NCBI GenBank assembly: GCA_913047675.1 | Contig: CAJWTO010000006.1 | Coordinates: 1 to 50,496, forward strand | Reading direction: 5' to 3' | DNA from: an uncultured Pseudomonadota bacterium | GTDB taxonomy: Bacteria; Pseudomonadota; Gammaproteobacteria; Ga0077536 | Length of the DNA: 50,496 nt | In this document: positions 46,058 through 50,496 of the stretch, in pieces | Layout: each line of letters starts with the position of its first letter | How positions within the stretch are numbered: the stretch's first letter is position 1 | The notes under the pieces: model-generated | Database searches by the model: none | Told to the model about the DNA's origin: nothing | What the model saw: the letters and a program-made list of their open reading frames with translations, nothing else | Translations under genes and position numbers: made by a program

Positions 46058-47512
46058 ATGGCGCACATAGAATTTCTTGATGAAACAATGCGTGATGGTC
46101 AGCAAAGTTTATGGGGAATGCGTATGCAAGCGGGCATGGCGCTTCCAGTGTCTCCAATCGTTGACCGTACCGGGTACCGAGTGATCGATCTCACTGGCTC
46201 GTCAATGTTTGAATGTTTAATTAAGTATTGTTATGAGAATCCGTGGGAAGGTTTAGACCTGCTTGTTAAGTCTATGCCGAATACTCCTATTAGGGGTGGT
46301 ATGCGGTCGAATGCTTCGGTTACTTTTGGCGTGACTCCCGATTCTTTGATGGACGCTTGGATGCGTCAGTTGAATGTCCATGGTGTGCGTAGCTTCTGGA
46401 TCTACGACGTACTCTTTAATATTGATAAAACATTGCGGTTGGCAAAAGTTGCTAAGGAGTTTGGTAGCGAAGTAGCGGGCGCCATTATGTTTACTTTGAG
46501 CCCAGTTCATACGGATGAGTATTATGCTGATAAAGCAGATAAATTGTCTGAGTCTGACGACATTGATACTATTTTGCTATATGACACGGCAGGGGTGCTA
46601 GAAAAAGAGAGATTGGTCACTTTGTTGCCAGCAATTAAATCTAAATCCCACGGAAAGCCGATCGAATTTCACTCGAATAATTTACTTGGGCAATCTGCCA
46701 AGGCTTATTTGGACGCTATAGATTTGGGTGTAAGTATACTGCACACCGCTGTGCGACCTATGGCAAATGGACCTTCGGTACCGTCTGTTGAAATAATGGC
46801 TAGGAACGTTGAGCTGTTAGGACACACGCATAATTTGGATAGCACTTTATTTCCTCCTGTTGCAGAGCATTTCGAAAAGGTTGGAAAAGCAGCGGGATTT
46901 TTAGTCAATCAATCTGCGGAATATGATGTACTTTCTATCCGTCATCAGGTACCCGGCGGAATGGTTGGAACTTTGAAAGCGCAACTAGTTCAAAATGGGA
47001 TGAGCGATAGGTTGGATGAGGTTCTCCAAGAAACTGCTGCTGTTAGAAAAGAGCTGGGCTACCCGGGGATGGCGACCCCATTTAGCCAGTTAGTGGGCAC
47101 TCAAGCGGTTCTCAATATTGTTACAGGTAAAAGGTACGCGTCTATTCCTGATGAAGTAATTCAGTATGCGGCAGGATTTTATGGTGATACAGCGGGTCCT
47201 ATCGATCAAAATATTATGGACGTTATTATGTCGTCACCACGCGCGAAAACAGTTGTGGCGAATCCTCCCGCACAGCCAAGTATTGAAGAATTGCGGAAAG
47301 AGTATGGCACTGACGACGATGACGAGCTGATTTTAAGGGCACTAGTTCCAGGAGAAGGTTTAGAAAAAATGAGGAGTAGTGGGCCTGTAAAAACTACCTA
47401 TTCGTACCTCTCGTCTCCTGAGTTACAGGAAGTATCAAAACTTATGAAACTCTCGCAGTCACCAGTCACGCAGATTAGTACCGAAGATCTTCATATATCG
47501 TTGAAGCGCTAA
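46058..47512 (+). CDS. Pyruvate-carboxylase/OadA-type carboxyltransferase subunit (HpeA/AcvE/XccA-like)
   Basis: DETMRDGQQSL, ENPWE, SPVHT, HQVPGGM, VRKELGYP.MATPFSQLVG.QA; no fused biotin domain. Confidence 0.88.
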   Translation: MAHIEFLDETMRDGQQSLWGMRMQAGMALPVSPIVDRTGYRVIDLTGSSMFECLIKYCYENPWEGLDLLVKSMPNTPIRGGMRSNASVTFGVTPDSLMDAWMRQLNVHGVRSFWIYDVLFNIDKTLRLAKVAKEFGSEVAGAIMFTLSPVHTDEYYADKADKLSESDDIDTILLYDTAGVLEKERLVTLLPAIKSKSHGKPIEFHSNNLLGQSAKAYLDAIDLGVSILHTAVRPMANGPSVPSVEIMARNVELLGHTHNLDSTLFPPVAEHFEKVGKAAGFLVNQSAEYDVLSIRHQVPGGMVGTLKAQLVQNGMSDRLDEVLQETAAVRKELGYPGMATPFSQLVGTQAVLNIVTGKRYASIPDEVIQYAAGFYGDTAGPIDQNIMDVIMSSPRAKTVVANPPAQPSIEELRKEYGTDDDDELILRALVPGEGLEKMRSSGPVKTTYSYLSSPELQEVSKLMKLSQSPVTQISTEDLHISLKR

Positions 47513-47517
47513 CGCTT

Positions 47518-48714
47518 GTGTCCAGCCGTCGCGCAGTCATAATCGATGCAGTTAGAACACCATTTTGCCGTGGTCGAGAAGGGGGAGCCTTGTCGGGGAT
47601 CCATCCAGTAGATTTGTACGCCCAAACTTTGTCGGAATTAATCAGCCGGACTCAAGTAGATCCAGCAATTATTGAAGACGTTATTACTGGCTGTGTTATA
47701 CAGGTTGCCGAGCAATCAGGAAATATCGGTAGGCAAGCCGCCCTTGCGGCGGGTTTCCCCGAAAGTGTGCCCGCTATCACGCTAGACCGTAAATGTGGTT
47801 CTGCTCAGCAGGCGATGGATTTTGCAGCGCAAGGGGTTATATCTGGGGCTTATGATACGGTTATCGCAGGTGGCGTTGAAATGATGAGTACGGTGCCGAT
47901 GAGGATTAACCGCATGGGTAAGGATAATGAAGGCGAATTATTTCGGAGCCGTTATCCAGATGGAATGATCCGCCAGGGGGTTTCTGCTGAACTTATTGCG
48001 AGCCGTTGGAATATTGCTCGTGAGGAGTTAGATCAGTTTTCGATGAGGTCTCACATCAGAGCCGCAGATGATGTTAGCGGAAGAGTTAAAGATATTGTAT
48101 CTATTAACAAGGGGTTGGCGGAGGATGGTGTTGCATTGGTTTGCGATGATGAAGGTGTTCGTCCTAATACCAACCTAGAAACGCTGTCAAATTTAGATAC
48201 TGTTTTTAAAACCGACGAAATGAGTGCTAGGTACCCGGAGATAAACTGGAGTCTGACTGCAGCGAGTTCGAGTCCAGTTAGCGATGGCGCAAGCGCCTTG
48301 CTGATTATGGAAGAACAGCTGGCGATGAGGCTGAACCTAGCACCGCGGGCTGCAATAACACATTTCTCTGTAGTGGGGGATGATCCGATAATGATGTTGA
48401 CTGCGATAATGCCCGCCACTAAGAAGTTATTGAGACGGTCTGCATTACGCTTATCTGATATTGACGCATACGAAGTTAACGAGGCATTTGCTTCAATTCC
48501 GTTGGCCTGGCTCAAGGAGTTAGATGGGGATCCTGAAAAACTCAATCAGTATGGAGGTGCAATTGCATTAGGGCATCCTGTAGGCGCCTCCGGGGGACGT
48601 TTGATCGCTAATATAATGAGAGTTCTTGAAGATACGAACGGCAGATATGGTTTAGTAACAATGTGTGAGAGTGGGGGAATGGCAAACGCGACCCTTATCG
48701 AGAACTTGACCTAG
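47518..48714 (+). CDS. Acetyl-CoA C-acyltransferase (thiolase)
   Basis: DRKCGSAQQ, NEAF, GHPVGASG, MCESGG; GTG start. Confidence 0.93.
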   Translation: MSSRRAVIIDAVRTPFCRGREGGALSGIHPVDLYAQTLSELISRTQVDPAIIEDVITGCVIQVAEQSGNIGRQAALAAGFPESVPAITLDRKCGSAQQAMDFAAQGVISGAYDTVIAGGVEMMSTVPMRINRMGKDNEGELFRSRYPDGMIRQGVSAELIASRWNIAREELDQFSMRSHIRAADDVSGRVKDIVSINKGLAEDGVALVCDDEGVRPNTNLETLSNLDTVFKTDEMSARYPEINWSLTAASSSPVSDGASALLIMEEQLAMRLNLAPRAAITHFSVVGDDPIMMLTAIMPATKKLLRRSALRLSDIDAYEVNEAFASIPLAWLKELDGDPEKLNQYGGAIALGHPVGASGGRLIANIMRVLEDTNGRYGLVTMCESGGMANATLIENLT

Positions 48715-48765
48715 GCTTGAGCCTTTTTGTTCATTGATAGCTTTTTTAAATAAAGGAATTAGATT

Positions 48766-49551
48766 ATGCCTGATAGAATGACAGATAAGGTTACTATCAT
48801 TACCGGAGCTGGAACGGGGATTGGTCGAGCCTGTATGGAACTCTTTGCGGCGGAAGGTGCGAAGGTAATTGGTTGTGGTCGCCGCGAAAACATGTTGCAG
48901 GAAAGTTTAGATTTAGTTTCTGAAAATCACGGTGAGGGGCACATTGTTGCTGCAGATTTATCTAATCTAGAAGATGCGCAGAACGTAATTAGTAAAACAA
49001 TGTCTATTTACGGAAGGATTGATTGTTTAGTGCACGCTGCGAGTGTCGGGTGGAGTTGGAGCCACACCAGCGAAGATTCGATGAATGATATAGCAAATAC
49101 TCCGCCAGAAAAATGGCACGAAGTTATCGGGATAAATTTAAATGCTTGTTATTACATGTGTCACGGGGTTTTACAGCATATGCTAGAAGCGGGTCAAGGA
49201 TCGATTGTTAACGTAGCAAGTATTTCAGGAATGGTCGGTATGCAATCGGCTCACACTTATTGTTCTGCTAAAGGGGGCGTAATAAACTTGACGCGCGCTA
49301 TGGCGAACTCGTATGGGAAGCTCGGGGTCAGAGCCAACTGCGTATGTCCTGGCTACACTGATACACCTATGATTGCTGACGTGATGAATATATTTGACGA
49401 TGAGACGTTAGCAGATAATCTCACACCAATGAGCCGTGCGGGGACTCCTTTAGAAATGGCCTATGGCTGCCTGTACTTAGCATCTGACGAAGCAAGCTAT
49501 TGCAATGGCGTGATTCTGCCTATAGATGGCGGAACTGTCGCGCGGCAATAG
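48766..49551 (+). CDS. Classical SDR oxidoreductase
   Basis: TGAGTGIG, NVASISG, YCSAK (YxxxK), CPGYTDT, IDGG. Confidence 0.93.
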   Translation: MPDRMTDKVTIITGAGTGIGRACMELFAAEGAKVIGCGRRENMLQESLDLVSENHGEGHIVAADLSNLEDAQNVISKTMSIYGRIDCLVHAASVGWSWSHTSEDSMNDIANTPPEKWHEVIGINLNACYYMCHGVLQHMLEAGQGSIVNVASISGMVGMQSAHTYCSAKGGVINLTRAMANSYGKLGVRANCVCPGYTDTPMIADVMNIFDDETLADNLTPMSRAGTPLEMAYGCLYLASDEASYCNGVILPIDGGTVARQ

Positions 49552-49610
49552 TTTGGGGGACATAATTTGATTCGTATGAGCATAAGCCCTATGAATCTCT
49601 GTAACAGTTT

Positions 49611-50258
49611 TCAGTCGATTGGCTCAAAAACCTCGCCGTTGTAAAAGAGCAGATTTCCTTCGCTGATATCATGCCATAGTCCGTGGATGGATAATTCTGC
49701 AGTCCTTACGGCATCCTGTACAAACGGAAAGGTCATCAAATTTTCCATCGACATAATGATCCCTTCGTGCTCCAGCGCGCGCAGTTGGTCTTCTTTACTT
49801 TTTGTATGATCAACGCGTTCATAGGCCGGACGCAGTAGATCTACCCATCGCCCCACAAAGCTCGTTTCTTTCTCGAGTTCAGGAGCCTTGCCAGAACACA
49901 TTTGATCACATCCTTTTACACCTCCACAATTAGAGTGTCCTAATATTATGATATGAGAAACATTTAAAGCAGTGACCGCATATTCAATTGCAGCTGATGT
50001 GCCAAGGTTATCACCAGATAGACTGAAAGGTGGGACTAGGTTAGCTATATTTCGATGAATGAAAAACTCACCTATATCTGACTCGAATATCGATGTGGCT
50101 TGTACTCGACTATCACAACAGGAAATGACCATCGCTAAAGGAGCTTGGCCCTGTTCGACGAGGTATCTGTATGTGGGTTGTTTCCCAGGAAAAGTATTTT
50201 TTTTCCAATCTAAATAGCGGAGTTTTAGGTCAGGGGGAAGCGGCGAGGCAATATTCAT
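49611..50258 (-). CDS. Beta-class carbonic anhydrase
   Basis: CCDSR, RNIANLVPP, AAIEYAV, GHSNCGG Zn ligands; GAGG SD. Confidence 0.95.
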   Translation of the reverse strand: MNIASPLPPDLKLRYLDWKKNTFPGKQPTYRYLVEQGQAPLAMVISCCDSRVQATSIFESDIGEFFIHRNIANLVPPFSLSGDNLGTSAAIEYAVTALNVSHIIILGHSNCGGVKGCDQMCSGKAPELEKETSFVGRWVDLLRPAYERVDHTKSKEDQLRALEHEGIIMSMENLMTFPFVQDAVRTAELSIHGLWHDISEGNLLFYNGEVFEPID

Positions 50259-50496
50259 GTGTTCCTCGAATTGTTATTACTGTGAAGATCTTAGTCTGGT
50301 CTTAGGTAAAAATCCAGACCGACATCAATGTCCACCATATTCTTATTTGCCTAAAGCGCAGATCGCATCACATTTTCTCTTATTCACATGGCAACCTCCG
50401 AATGACGAAGTATAAAGTATTAGACTTCATAGTAGGTATTCTATGTAGGAGAGTTACTATTAAAGATATCCCAGTACATTTTCCAAGTCTTTCCTT

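Noticed and set aside
610-48545. Numerous 60-165 aa ORFs antisense to or nested in the called genes (e.g. 5238-5675, 24078-24542, 30421-30825, 48051-48545)
   Set aside because: They overlap well-supported genes and show no motifs; they are typical shadow ORFs.
48713-48728. Terminator AGGC-TTGA-GCCT-TTTT between thiolase and SDR
   Set aside because: The stem is only 4-5 bp, too weak to call.
50384-50399. GGAGG SD followed by ATG-TGA on the minus strand upstream of carbonic anhydrase
   Set aside because: Readthrough gives only 12 codons with no SECIS or motif; cannot be distinguished from chance.
50460-50496. C-terminus of a minus-strand gene entering from the window end (RKDLENVLGYL*)
   Set aside because: All three minus frames are open at the edge and too short to assign.
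1-50496. CRISPR arrays, IS elements, prophage or defence systems
   Set aside because: No spaced direct repeats, terminal inverted repeats, or transposase, phage or defence proteins were recognised.

Overview
Gene-dense bacterial chromosome segment. It is probably from an aerobic heterotrophic (likely marine) proteobacterium, inferred from the tkt/metF/tRNA-Met context and the gene content. I saw no mobile elements, CRISPR arrays or rRNA. A few housekeeping genes (5' end of tkt, metF, elongator tRNA-Met, class I fda, ampG, ZIP transporter, beta carbonic anhydrase) are scattered among many catabolic enzymes: BVMO, cytochrome P450, four luciferase-like monooxygenases, a GcvT-family amine oxidase, a hydantoinase/oxoprolinase A+B pair with a small Zn-finger protein between them, a PQQ/heme-c dehydrogenase and three thiolases. 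Highlights: (1) an operon at 41109-49551 encoding a truncated PPDK-like kinase, BCCP, biotin carboxylase and a pyruvate-carboxylase-type carboxyltransferase. It matches the core of the hydroxyacetophenone/acetovanillone phosphorylation-carboxylation systems (hpeICBA/acvBCDE), but lacks the usual kinase partner and phosphatase and is flanked by two thiolases and an SDR. (2) An ArsC-family selenoprotein (UxxC, in-frame TGA plus SECIS-like hairpin) that the ORF track truncates. (3) A sigma54-type promoter driving an Fe-S protein/tungsten AOR-family/MoaD operon, beside a Cys-less rhodanese. (4) An LLM-HpaB-hydrolase-MhpB meta-cleavage module. (5) An uncalled, translationally coupled 38-aa ORF. All calls come from motif recognition by eye; no searches were run.
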